Positions 35,632-44,715 of a DNA stretch of 64,000 bases are shown here, piece by piece. Source of the stretch: an uncultured bacterium (GTDB lineage: Bacteria > Eisenbacteria > RBG-16-71-46 > CAIMUX01 > WJJG01); NCBI GenBank assembly GCA_964585945.1, contig CAZPGB010000006.1, forward strand, positions 7,724-71,723. The letters run 5' to 3'. The position numbers and the translations under genes are program-made. The notes under the pieces were generated by a model. It made no database searches. It was not told the origin of the DNA and was given only the letters and a program-made list of their open reading frames with translations. Within the stretch, counting starts at the first letter, position 1, and every line of letters starts with the position of its first letter.

Positions 35632-37044
35632 CTACCCGGACGACTTGGACGCGTGCCGGATGACGAGGTGGTCGTCCTGCACGTCGACCATGATGCTGCG
35701 CGCGGCGGCGTGCTCGAGCAGGTACTTCGAGAGCGGGGTGAACAGCTTCTCCTCGAGCGCCCGGTTCAGATACCGCGCGCCCGCCTTGCGGACCTCTTGC
35801 TCCTTGATGAACGTGTCGTAGACGCGGTCGCTGATGATGACGCCCCGGTTCTGCTTCTTGAGCCTCTCGAGGACGGTGTTGACCTTGTAGCGCGCGATCA
35901 GCCGCACGTCCTCGGGCGTGAGGCTGTTGAAGAAGAGGACCCCATTGAAGGCTCCGATCAGCTCCTGGGAGAACTGCTCCTCGAGGATCTTGCGTCGCCG
36001 CTCCTCGCGCGGGATGCGCGAGCGCGTGAACCCGATCTGTTCGACCAGCTCGACATCCTCGACATCCATGCGCGTCGTAGCGAAGACGATCGAGCGGCTG
36101 AAGGAAACCTCACCCTGCGCGTCGATCAGGTTGCCGCGCTCGAGGATGTGGAGCAGCAGGCGGCGGACCCCCTCGTGGGCCCGCTCGATCCCGCGAAACA
36201 GGATCACCGAGTTGGGATTGCGCCGCACGGGCGTGGTCAGGGTTCCCTCGATCAACACCCCCTCGGCGCCCGGGTACGCGGTGACCAGCAGGTCCTCGAG
36301 GTCCTCTTCTTCGGAGTAGTCGGCCATGTCCAGGTTGATCACCCGGCTGTCGCTGCCCAGCAGGACCTCGGCCACGGCGTTGGCGAACTCGGTCTTGCCC
36401 ACGCCGGGCGGCCCGACGAGGAGAAACGAACCGTCGGGACGGCTGGGCTTGAAGTCGAGGTTGGTGCGGCGGATGCGGATCACGTTGGCCACGCGCCGAA
36501 TGGCCTCTTCCTTCCCGACGATGCGCTGGCCCAGCTGCTCCTCCAGGTGCAGCAGCGTGCTGTTTTCATCGCGCACGATGCGGCGCCGAGCGGCGCGCTT
36601 GGCGTCGGCGGCGGATTTCCTGGACGATCCGGAACGGCTCGCGCGTGCCGACGGGCCCTTCGACGCAGGACGCCGCTCGCGGGCTGTCTCGCGCGACGGA
36701 ACGCTCTTGGCAGTCTTGCGAGCCTGATTCTTCTTGCGCTGAGCGCCGGCGGCCGGCTTCTTGGCGGTCTTCTTCTTGCGCTGAGCGGTCGTGGGCGGCT
36801 TCTTGGCGGCCTTCTTCTTGCGCTGAGCGGCGGTGGGCGTCTTCTTGGCCGCCTTCTTGGAGGCCTTCTTCCTGCCCGCAGGGTCTTTACGCTGGGAGCG
36901 GACGGCGCCCGACCCGGGGGCGCCGCCGGCGGGCTTCCGCGGGCGCGGCTTCTTGCGGCGCGGGGCGACCTTGCGCCCGCGACGGGAGCCGGGCGCGGCG
37001 GCCGACGGGCGGGAACCAGTGCGGGTCTTCTCCGGCTTCTTCAT
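35632..37044 (-). CDS. AAA+ ATPase-like protein (ClpA/ClpB D2-type domain) with N-terminal Lys/Ala-rich histone-H1-like tandem repeats
   Basis: ATG (cat at 37042-37044) after GAGGAGCAGGAGG. N-terminal repeats KKAAKKTPTAAQRKKKAAKKPPTTAQRKKKTAKKP. Walker A GPPGVGKT. Sensor/arginine-finger region like ClpB D2, but the Walker B reads ILFRGIERAH instead of the acidic hhhhDE. Confidence 0.7.
   Translation of the reverse strand: MKKPEKTRTGSRPSAAAPGSRRGRKVAPRRKKPRPRKPAGGAPGSGAVRSQRKDPAGRKKASKKAAKKTPTAAQRKKKAAKKPPTTAQRKKKTAKKPAAGAQRKKNQARKTAKSVPSRETARERRPASKGPSARASRSGSSRKSAADAKRAARRRIVRDENSTLLHLEEQLGQRIVGKEEAIRRVANVIRIRRTNLDFKPSRPDGSFLLVGPPGVGKTEFANAVAEVLLGSDSRVINLDMADYSEEEDLEDLLVTAYPGAEGVLIEGTLTTPVRRNPNSVILFRGIERAHEGVRRLLLHILERGNLIDAQGEVSFSRSIVFATTRMDVEDVELVEQIGFTRSRIPREERRRKILEEQFSQELIGAFNGVLFFNSLTPEDVRLIARYKVNTVLERLKKQNRGVIISDRVYDTFIKEQEVRKAGARYLNRALEEKLFTPLSKYLLEHAAARSIMVDVQDDHLVIRHASKSSG
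36725..36870 (-). repeat. imperfect tandem repeats of about 42-45 bp (cttcttcttgcgctgagcgg...ggcttcttggcgg) encoding the Lys-rich tail
   Basis: Three or more copies read directly from the sequence. Confidence 0.7.
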
Positions 37045-37383
37045 CGCCTCCTGCTCCTCCGTCCTCGCGGATGCACTGCTCCAAGGCCTTGTCCAGAAGC
37101 CAATTGAAGCATCGCCCCCAGGCCTCTTCGGCGCCGGCCCCGTCCCACTGAAGTGAAGGCGCATCGTTCGGGCGGCGTCCACCATCTACAGTTCGGCATT
37201 GTGGGGGCCGACGTTGATTCTGTCGAGTCCGCCGTTTGGTGTGCGCCGCCGCGATCCGCTAGGATCGGGGGGTCGGAACTGCGGGCGGGATGGACCGCGA
37301 GGGCTTTGCGCCCCGATGGCTGACCCGCGCCATCGGCGCGGCCGAGTTGCTCGCGGCGGCGAGTCCAGGGAGGGAGGCGTCGA

Positions 37384-38477
37384 TGGCCAAGGTGAAACGC
37401 TTGGGGGTGCTCACCGGCGGTGGGGACTGTCCCGGTCTGAACGCGGTTCTTCGCGGTCTGGTCAAGGCGGCCGCCTTCGATCACGACATCCATGTGGTGG
37501 GCTTCACCGACGGCTTCGCCGGCCTGATCAAGGACCACATCGTGCGCCTGGACTCCGACGCTGTGTCAGGCATCCTGGCCCGGGGCGGGACCATCCTGGG
37601 CAGCTCCAACAAGGACAATCCGTTCCGCGTTCCGGTCAAGGGCAACGGGGAGAACACGTTCGAGGATCGTTCCGACGAGGCGATGCACAACTTCGATCGC
37701 TATGGGCTGGATCTGCTGGTGGTGGTCGGCGGCGACGGCAGCCTGACGATCGCCAACCAGTTGGCCGAGAAGGGGATGCCGGTGATCGGCATCCCCAAGA
37801 CGATCGACAACGACCTGGCGGCTACGGACGTGACCTTCGGCTTCGACACCGCCCTGGCGACGGCCTGTGCCGCGCTCGACAAGCTCCACACGACGGCCCA
37901 GTCGCACCATCGCATCATGGTCCTGGAGGTCATGGGCCGGTACGCCGGATGGATCGCGCTCGAAGCGGGTCTCTCGGGCGGGGGCGACATCATCCTGATT
38001 CCCGAGATCCCCTTCACCGTCGACAGCGTGGTGGGGGCGATCAAGGACCGGCGTTTCCAGGGCCGCTACTACACGCTGATCGTGATCGCCGAGGGCGCCA
38101 AGGCCCAGGGCGGCGAGCTGCACGTCGCCAAGGTGGTCAAGGATTCGCCCGATGCCCTGCGCTTGGGTGGCGTGGGCGCATGGTTGGCTTCGGAGCTGGA
38201 GGCGCGGCTGGAAACCGAGGTGCGGGTCACCGTGTTGGGACACTTGCAGCGCGGGGGCACCCCCTCGGCCTTCGATCGGATCCTGGGCACGCGCTACGGC
38301 GTGCACGCGGCCAACTGCGCGGCCAAGGGGCTGCGCAACGTGATGGTCTCGCTGCGCGGGACGCAGATCACGGAAGTGCCGCTGGCCGAAGCGGTCGAAG
38401 TGTTGCGCCGCGTCGACCCCGAGTCGGAGCTGGTCCACGTGGCGCGCAGCGTGGGCACGCGCTTCGGTGACGAGTAG
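37384..38477 (+). CDS. pfk: 6-phosphofructokinase (PfkA/PPi-PFK family)
   Basis: GVLTGGGDCPGLNA, VVVGGDGSLT, IPKTIDNDL, MGR motifs. RBS GGAGGGAGG before the ATG at 37384. Confidence 0.85.
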
Positions 38478-38535
38478 CCTCCGCTGCCCGCGGCCGCGGG
38501 CCGCCAGGATCACGACGACGTCAGGACGGTGCAGG

Positions 38536-39882
38536 ATGCACGACGAGCCTCGCGACAGACGCCCAACGCCGGCGGGACGACCCGGAGACGGCGGCCGCAC
38601 CGGACCCCGCCGGGTGCGCGGGCTCATGCGCGGGCTCGTCGCGGGGCTGGCCCTCCTGGGGGCGGCGAGCGGATCGATCGGGGCACAAGGGGAGTGCGAC
38701 GAGGAGTCGCCCGCCAAGGGGCGCCACATGGCGCGGCCCCGTTTCGTGGCGGAGGTGACCGCCTGCATCGAGGCCGACAGCGCCTACGCGTTGCTGCACA
38801 TCGACGTCCCCTACCGCGAGCTCGCCTTCCGCAAGCAGGGCGATGGGCTGGAGACCTCGTTCGACCTGATCGTGCACATCCAGCGCGGGGACCGTCAGGT
38901 CGCCGGCGATGTCTGGACCGAGGAGGTCCGGGTGGGGGACCGGGCGGACCTGCGCGGACGCCAAGCGCGTTTCGTCAAGGACCTGACCTTCCCGCTGCCC
39001 CCGGGGAACTACACCCTGGACGTGCGGCTCTCGGAGCCCAAGGCGGGCCAGGAGGGCCGCCTCTGTCTGGGGGTCGAGATCCCCATGCGGCTGCCGGGTC
39101 AGGTCCTGCTCTCCTCGATCCTGGTGGGCGCGTGCGGCTTATCGGGCACGATCGCCCAGCTCCGTGCTTCCCCCGCGATCTCGTTCGAGATCGACGAGGC
39201 CGACCGCTCGGTGTGCGCCTACGCGGAGCTGTACCATGCGGACGTGCCGATGGACTTCGTGGAGCTCCACTGGCGGCTGAAGGCCTCCAACGGCGACATC
39301 GTGCGGCAAGGCGAGCGCGTCTACCCGGCCGGGGATCGCGTGACCGCGCTGAGCTGGGAGCTGCCGCTCGGGGACCTGTGGCTCGACGTCTACCGGCTCG
39401 AGGTCGCCGTCGCGGCCGCCGGCAAGCAGGCCCACGCCTCCACGTCGATCTCGCTGCGGGCCGAATCGGACCCGGCCCTCTCCACCTTCTTCCGCGAGTC
39501 GTTCGGCGTGCTGGCCTACATCGCCGGTGACGAGGAGCTGCAACCCCTGCGGATGGCCGCGCCGCGCGACCGCAAGCACATGTGGGATGCGTTCTGGGCC
39601 AAGCGCGACCCGACCCCCGAGGATGGCTACAACGAGTACAAGGAGGAGTTCTTCCGGCGGCTCAACTTCGCCAACGAGGAATTCACCGTGATCCGCCCCG
39701 GCTGGAAGACCGACCGCGGGCGCATCTACATCACGCTGGGTCCCCCGGACGATGTGCGGCGGGATCCCTACTACGTGGGCGGGCAGTCGATCGAGATCTG
39801 GTACTACGACCGGCTGGGCCGGCAGTACGTCTTCGTCGACCGCACCGGCTTCGGAGACTACGAGCTGCGCTGGACCGAGTGA
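38536..39882 (+). CDS. GWxTD domain-containing secreted protein
   Basis: C-terminal GWKTDRGRIYITLGPPDDV...IEIWYYD matches the GWxTD domain. Signal peptide LVAGLALLGAASG. Start uncertain (ATG 38536 vs 38626). A perfect GC palindrome at 38484-38499 sits just after the pfk stop. Confidence 0.65.
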   Translation: MHDEPRDRRPTPAGRPGDGGRTGPRRVRGLMRGLVAGLALLGAASGSIGAQGECDEESPAKGRHMARPRFVAEVTACIEADSAYALLHIDVPYRELAFRKQGDGLETSFDLIVHIQRGDRQVAGDVWTEEVRVGDRADLRGRQARFVKDLTFPLPPGNYTLDVRLSEPKAGQEGRLCLGVEIPMRLPGQVLLSSILVGACGLSGTIAQLRASPAISFEIDEADRSVCAYAELYHADVPMDFVELHWRLKASNGDIVRQGERVYPAGDRVTALSWELPLGDLWLDVYRLEVAVAAAGKQAHASTSISLRAESDPALSTFFRESFGVLAYIAGDEELQPLRMAAPRDRKHMWDAFWAKRDPTPEDGYNEYKEEFFRRLNFANEEFTVIRPGWKTDRGRIYITLGPPDDVRRDPYYVGGQSIEIWYYDRLGRQYVFVDRTGFGDYELRWTE

Positions 39883-41078
39883 AGTCCCGCCAAGAGCGCC
39901 TCCACCTCCGCAACCCGCTGCTGCCACCCATGTGCCTCGGCCGCCTGCCTGCGCAGGGCGCGTAGCTGCGGCCCGTCGGATGCGAGCGCGCGGTCGCACG
40001 CGGGCAGAAACCCCTCCCGGTCACGGTAGACGTACGCCAGTGGCTCGCGCGCGTGCGCGGCCAGGCTGGGCAGGTCCGCCGTCACCACCGGTCGCCCGCA
40101 CGCCAGGTACTCGAAGAACTTCATCGGGAAGCTGTGGCGCGTCACCTCGTTGTCGACGAACGGGATCAGGCAGACGTCCAGGTGGTGGATGTAGCCGGCC
40201 AGCTCACGGCGGCCGCGCTCGCCCAGGAAGTGGACGTTGGGGCAATCCGCCAGCGCCCGGGCCGGCGTGGAAGGCTCGCCGCGGCCCACCGCGCCGACGA
40301 ACACCCAGGAGGCATGGGGGCGGCTTCGGGCCGCATCGGCCAGCAGCGCCAGATCGCACTTGTAGGCGGCCAGGTTGCCGACATAGCCGATGCGCGGTCT
40401 GGGCAGCGCCGCCAGGTCGGCCGGCTCGGGCGGCGGCGCCGCGGGCGGGGGATAGGCCTCGAGATCGGCCACGTTGCCCATCAGAACGACCCGCCGGTGG
40501 TGCGCGGCCAGTCGATCCTGCAGCGGGGCCGAAGCGGCCACGACGATCGCCGCGCGCGCGAGCAGGCGACGTTCCAGGGAGGCGATGAGCGGCCCATCGA
40601 CGCCCGGGTTGGCGGCGTAGGCGTCCACGCAGTGATAGACGATCGGACCGACGTCCAGTCGCTCGAGCACCGGCGCGGCCGACGGCAGGAAGGCCCAGGC
40701 GACCGGCCGCGTAAAGCCCAACCGGCGCAGGGCCCCGCCCACCTGGCGGGCGAGCAGGCGTGGACCCAGCCAGGCGGTCAGACCTGCGCGCGCGGGCGGC
40801 AGCGTGAGGGGCGAGAGCACGAAGAGGTGCCGGTCGGGTGCGGGGCGACGCAGAGCGCTCCCCAGGGCGGCCAGCCGGCGGCCGATCTTGCGTGCATCGC
40901 GCCGCCCCGGCCGCGGCGCGCGCAGCCCCAGGCTGTTCACGTACAGCACGCGGTGACGGCGCGCCAGGCGCCACATCAGGTGCTGGGCATTCACCCAGTT
41001 GGGCTCCTCGAAGTCCGCCGATCCGAAGCAGAGGATCTCGGCCGCCTCCGGCGCATCGCTGTCCTGTGGGCGTCTCAT
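39858..41078 (-). CDS. glycosyltransferase family 4 (GT1-type fold, group 1)
   Basis: C-terminal GT4 region (FVGAVG...FLGERGRRELAGYI...LIPFVDNEVTRHSFPMKFFEYLACGRPVV). ATG at 41078 overlaps the upstream stop (ATGA). The long ORF extension to 41555 was rejected. Confidence 0.75.
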   Translation of the reverse strand: MRRPQDSDAPEAAEILCFGSADFEEPNWVNAQHLMWRLARRHRVLYVNSLGLRAPRPGRRDARKIGRRLAALGSALRRPAPDRHLFVLSPLTLPPARAGLTAWLGPRLLARQVGGALRRLGFTRPVAWAFLPSAAPVLERLDVGPIVYHCVDAYAANPGVDGPLIASLERRLLARAAIVVAASAPLQDRLAAHHRRVVLMGNVADLEAYPPPAAPPPEPADLAALPRPRIGYVGNLAAYKCDLALLADAARSRPHASWVFVGAVGRGEPSTPARALADCPNVHFLGERGRRELAGYIHHLDVCLIPFVDNEVTRHSFPMKFFEYLACGRPVVTADLPSLAAHAREPLAYVYRDREGFLPACDRALASDGPQLRALRRQAAEAHGWQQRVAEVEALLAGLHSVQRSS

Positions 41079-41887
41079 GAGGGGTCGGCCTCGAACCGCT
41101 CGGGGCTGAGGAAGTAGAGCTGACCCGCGCGCGGATAGCCGCCGCGACACCTCGGGCACCGCACCCGGAGCACGTCCACCTCCACCTCGCCGCTGCAGCG
41201 GGGGCAGCGCAGCAGTGGGGCCAGATCCATCCGGCGCGTGCGCCGGCGCCGCACCACGACGTGGCGCAGGGCGAGCCCGCCGGCCTTGCGCGCGAGAGCC
41301 CGCACGAAGCCCACGGGGCTCTGCGCCACCCAGGGCAGATAGGCGTCGGGGTGCGGCGGCGCCTGAACGATCCGATAGGTGATGCGCTCGCGCCACTCGA
41401 GCGCGGTCTTGAAGAGGCGCGGGTTGGTGTGCGCGAAGAGCTTCCAGCTCAGGTTGTCCTGGATCAGGCGGTTCGTCAGATGCTGATGGAATCCGCACGC
41501 CGCGGGCGGCTTGGCCGCGAAGAGCAGTTCCCCGCGCTCCAGCGCCACACTCCACCGGTGGTAGCTGCGATGGGGCTCGATACGCTCCATCAAGGCCGAC
41601 GGCGTCTCGATGTAGCCGGCGCGGGCCACCCGCTCCAGCTCGCCCAGCGCGCGTGTGGGATCGTGGACGTGCTCGACGACGTGGGCGGCGATGGCGTAGC
41701 CGAAGACGCGGTCGCCGAAGGGCAGTGCCTCCAGATCACAAACCACAATCGGCCGTCCATCGCGGCGCAGGCTGCCCTCGCGCTCGTCATCCGCGATGAG
41801 CTTGTCCACCAGGACGTCGCTGTGCGGGTAGGGGCGGTGCCCCGATCCCACTTCCAGCACGGGCCCTTGGATTCCGAAGTAGCGCAT
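41075..41887 (-). CDS. class I SAM-dependent methyltransferase with C-terminal Cys4 zinc-ribbon (Trm112-like)
   Basis: Motif I VLEVGSGHRP. Acidic loop DLEALPF. C-terminal CPRCSGEVEVDVLRVRCPRCRGGY. Start ATG at 41887 (alternative GTG at 41905). Confidence 0.65.
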   Translation of the reverse strand: MRYFGIQGPVLEVGSGHRPYPHSDVLVDKLIADDEREGSLRRDGRPIVVCDLEALPFGDRVFGYAIAAHVVEHVHDPTRALGELERVARAGYIETPSALMERIEPHRSYHRWSVALERGELLFAAKPPAACGFHQHLTNRLIQDNLSWKLFAHTNPRLFKTALEWRERITYRIVQAPPHPDAYLPWVAQSPVGFVRALARKAGGLALRHVVVRRRRTRRMDLAPLLRCPRCSGEVEVDVLRVRCPRCRGGYPRAGQLYFLSPERFEADPS

Positions 41888-41956
41888 CTCCCAGACCCTA
41901 GCCACCGTCTCGATCCACGGTCCAGTTCAATCGCTCGTGAGCGCGAAGCCGCGCGG

Positions 41957-43126
41957 TCAGCCGCCGCGCGAGCCGGCGCCGGCCAGCACCTCCTCGTAGA
42001 TCTGCAGCACGCGATCGGCCACGGCGCTCTTGCTCCAGCAGCGCTCGGCCGTCGCCCGCGCGGCCGCGCCGAGCCGCTCGCGGCGCTGGGTGTCTTCCAG
42101 CAGACCGTCCAGCTCCTCGGCGATGCGCTCCGGGTCGGGGGGCGAGGCGATGAGCACGGCGTCGCGGTCGTGGGTCAGCCACTCGGCCGCGCCGGCCACG
42201 TCGGTGGTCAGCACCGGCAGCCCGCTGGCCATCGCTTCGGCGATGACGAGCCCGAAGGCCTCGTAGAGGGTGGGAAAGGCGAACACATCGGCCGCGGCGT
42301 AGTAGGCCTCGACGTCGGGCACCGGTCCGGTGAAGGTGACCCGCTCCATCACGCGGTGGCGCGCCATCTGGCGCCGGGCGTGCGGGGTCGGCGGCTTGCC
42401 GATCACGACCAGCCGCGCCTCTCGCGTGCGCATGCGGGCCAGCGCCTCGAGCAGGAAGCGCAATCCCTTGCGCACGTACTCGTAGCCCACGAACAGGATC
42501 ACGGGCGCCTCGCCCAGGCCCAGACGGGCGCGCACGCGGGCGCGCCGCACGGCGCGCTCGCGCGGGTGGAACGCCTCCAGATCGACCCCGTTGGGCACCA
42601 CGTGGATGCGGCCGGGGTCGGTGCCGTAGCTGGCGACGATCTCGTCCTTGATGCGGCTCGAAACGGCGATGATCCGGCGATGGCCGTGCGGCGAGAAGTT
42701 GTGCCGCTCGAGGGCGTAGATGGCCGGATGCACGGGGTTGAGCGTCTTCTTGGTCCACTCCCACGGTCCCCCGATGCGGCGCATGAGCTCCATGCCGTAG
42801 CGATGGCAGGAGTGGGCCGTGATCACATCGGCGCCGCGGCTGTCGGTGGCCTGGCCGTGGACGAGGTCGAAGCGATCGCGCCGGCGCTGGCGCTGTGCGG
42901 CCCGGCTGGCGCGGACGGCGAAGAGGGGCACGCGCAGGGCGTAGGGTCGCGCGGGCACCGGCACGCGCACGAAGCGCACGCCGGGCGCAGTCGCTTCGCC
43001 GGGAGGGTCGGCGCAGAAGAAGGTCACCTCGTGGCCGCGCTGCAGGTAGGCCTCGCAGAGGTCCGTCGCCACGCGCCAGATGCCGGCGGTCTTGCCGTAG
43101 CCCCGACTGAGCATCGCGATGTGCAT
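41957..43126 (-). CDS. glycosyltransferase family 4
   Basis: N-terminal GT4 region (MHIAMLSRGYGKTAGIWRV...). E-x7-E region FPTLYEAFGLVIAEAMASGLPV. ATG at 43126 shares its A with the TGA of the upstream flippase gene. Confidence 0.8.
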   Translation of the reverse strand: MHIAMLSRGYGKTAGIWRVATDLCEAYLQRGHEVTFFCADPPGEATAPGVRFVRVPVPARPYALRVPLFAVRASRAAQRQRRRDRFDLVHGQATDSRGADVITAHSCHRYGMELMRRIGGPWEWTKKTLNPVHPAIYALERHNFSPHGHRRIIAVSSRIKDEIVASYGTDPGRIHVVPNGVDLEAFHPRERAVRRARVRARLGLGEAPVILFVGYEYVRKGLRFLLEALARMRTREARLVVIGKPPTPHARRQMARHRVMERVTFTGPVPDVEAYYAAADVFAFPTLYEAFGLVIAEAMASGLPVLTTDVAGAAEWLTHDRDAVLIASPPDPERIAEELDGLLEDTQRRERLGAAARATAERCWSKSAVADRVLQIYEEVLAGAGSRGG

Positions 43127-44700
43127 CACCTCGTCCCCCGGTTTCCCGGCCCCGCCGGCCGTTGCCGGCCCGCCCGGCGACGGCGGACCAGCTCCCCCGC
43201 GGCCGCGCGCAGGGAAGGCACGGCGATCACCCAGCCGGCCCAGAAGAGACCCGCCCAGCCGAGCTGCACCGCGAAGGCGGCCCAGGCCGAGGCGGCGACC
43301 CCGCGCAGCCACCAGGACACGGCGGCGCAGGGCACGGCGCCCGCCAGCAGCAGCAGCAGGCGTCGCGGCGCCCGGGCGCCGCCGTAGCCGAGGCGGCCAT
43401 AGTAGACGGCCAGCGCCCCGAGCGCACCGATCGAGGGGCCCAAGCCCAGGGCCAGAATGCCCAGGCGGCGGTAGGTGAGCAGCACGAAGGCCACGTTGAG
43501 CGCGACCGCGAGCGCTTCGGCGCGCAGCACGCGCCCGTTCTCCATGCGGGCGTGCAACACGTTGCGTAGGAAATAGGCCCCGCCCACGGCCCACAATCCC
43601 GCGCCCAGCCCCAGCAGCGCTCGGCGCGTGGTCTCGTGCGAAAGGCTGTCGAAGGCTCCGCGCTCGTAGAGCAGCCCGATCAGCGGTCCCCCGGAGACGG
43701 TCAGGAAGACCGAGATGGGCACCAACAGCAGGAAGATGAGGCTCAGGACGCGGTCGGTGGTCTCGCGCAGCCGCTCGGGGGGCAGCTCGGCGAAGCGGGT
43801 CAGACTGACCAGCCCCAGCGGCATCAGCATGAGGGCGTGGGTGGTCTCCGTGATGAAGCGGGCGTAGTCCATCGCCGCAACGGTGCCGCCGCCCACCAGC
43901 GAGGAGAGCAGCCGCTCGATCACCAGGTTGGCCTGGATCATCAGCGACAGGAGCAGCAGCGGGCGCAGCGGCACCCAGAAGGATCGCCACAGGGGCGCCA
44001 GGTCCGCACGCGGCAGGTGCCAGCCGGAGGGAAGCTCCCGTCGCGCCGCCAGCATCCCGGTGGCCACCGCGGCCAGCAGCCAGTAGGTCAAGGTGAAGCC
44101 GTAGGCGGCCAGCACCGGGCGGCCGGCGGCCACGGCCGCCAGGATCATCACCAGCAGGCCCAGGTTCTGGACGCCGGGCCGGATCGTCGGCAGGCGGTAG
44201 TCGCGCTGCGCGGCGCCGAGGGAGCTCAGCAGCGTGCAATAGATGTAAGGCGGCACACCCAGGGCCATGATCCTCAGCATGGCCGCCGTGAGCTGCTGGC
44301 GCTCGGCGTCGAAGCCGGGCAAGAGCGTGCGGGACAGCCAGCCGGCGCCCCCGAAGAGCACGGCGGCCAGCGCCAGCCCCGCGCCCAGGAAGAGCAACAG
44401 CACGCCCTGGAACAGCCCGTCGGCGCGGCGGCGGTCCTGGCCGCGCAACCGGGTGTAGAGCGGAATGAAGCAGGTCTGGATGGCGTGGGTGGTCAGCAGG
44501 TGCACCGGGGAGAGGGCCAGGGTGAGCGAGGCACGGTAGCCGTCGGTGACCGGACCGGTGCCGAAGAAGCGCGCCAGCAGGACCTCGCGCACCAGGCCCA
44601 GCGCCTTGCTGGCCAGCGCGCCGACGCCCATGCCCAGCGTGCTGCGGCGCGCCCACGCGGCATCGGGCCCGGGAGAGGCGGTTGGCGCGGAAGGAGGCAT
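43126..44700 (-). CDS. MurJ/MviN-like polysaccharide or lipid II flippase (MOP superfamily)
   Basis: N-terminal MurJ-like motif ASKALGLVREVLLARFFGTGPVTDGYRA. About 12-14 TM helices. 524 aa. Confidence 0.7.
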   Translation of the reverse strand: MPPSAPTASPGPDAAWARRSTLGMGVGALASKALGLVREVLLARFFGTGPVTDGYRASLTLALSPVHLLTTHAIQTCFIPLYTRLRGQDRRRADGLFQGVLLLFLGAGLALAAVLFGGAGWLSRTLLPGFDAERQQLTAAMLRIMALGVPPYIYCTLLSSLGAAQRDYRLPTIRPGVQNLGLLVMILAAVAAGRPVLAAYGFTLTYWLLAAVATGMLAARRELPSGWHLPRADLAPLWRSFWVPLRPLLLLSLMIQANLVIERLLSSLVGGGTVAAMDYARFITETTHALMLMPLGLVSLTRFAELPPERLRETTDRVLSLIFLLLVPISVFLTVSGGPLIGLLYERGAFDSLSHETTRRALLGLGAGLWAVGGAYFLRNVLHARMENGRVLRAEALAVALNVAFVLLTYRRLGILALGLGPSIGALGALAVYYGRLGYGGARAPRRLLLLLAGAVPCAAVSWWLRGVAASAWAAFAVQLGWAGLFWAGWVIAVPSLRAAAGELVRRRRAGRQRPAGPGNRGTR

Positions 44701-44715
44701 ACGGGATGGACCCGG

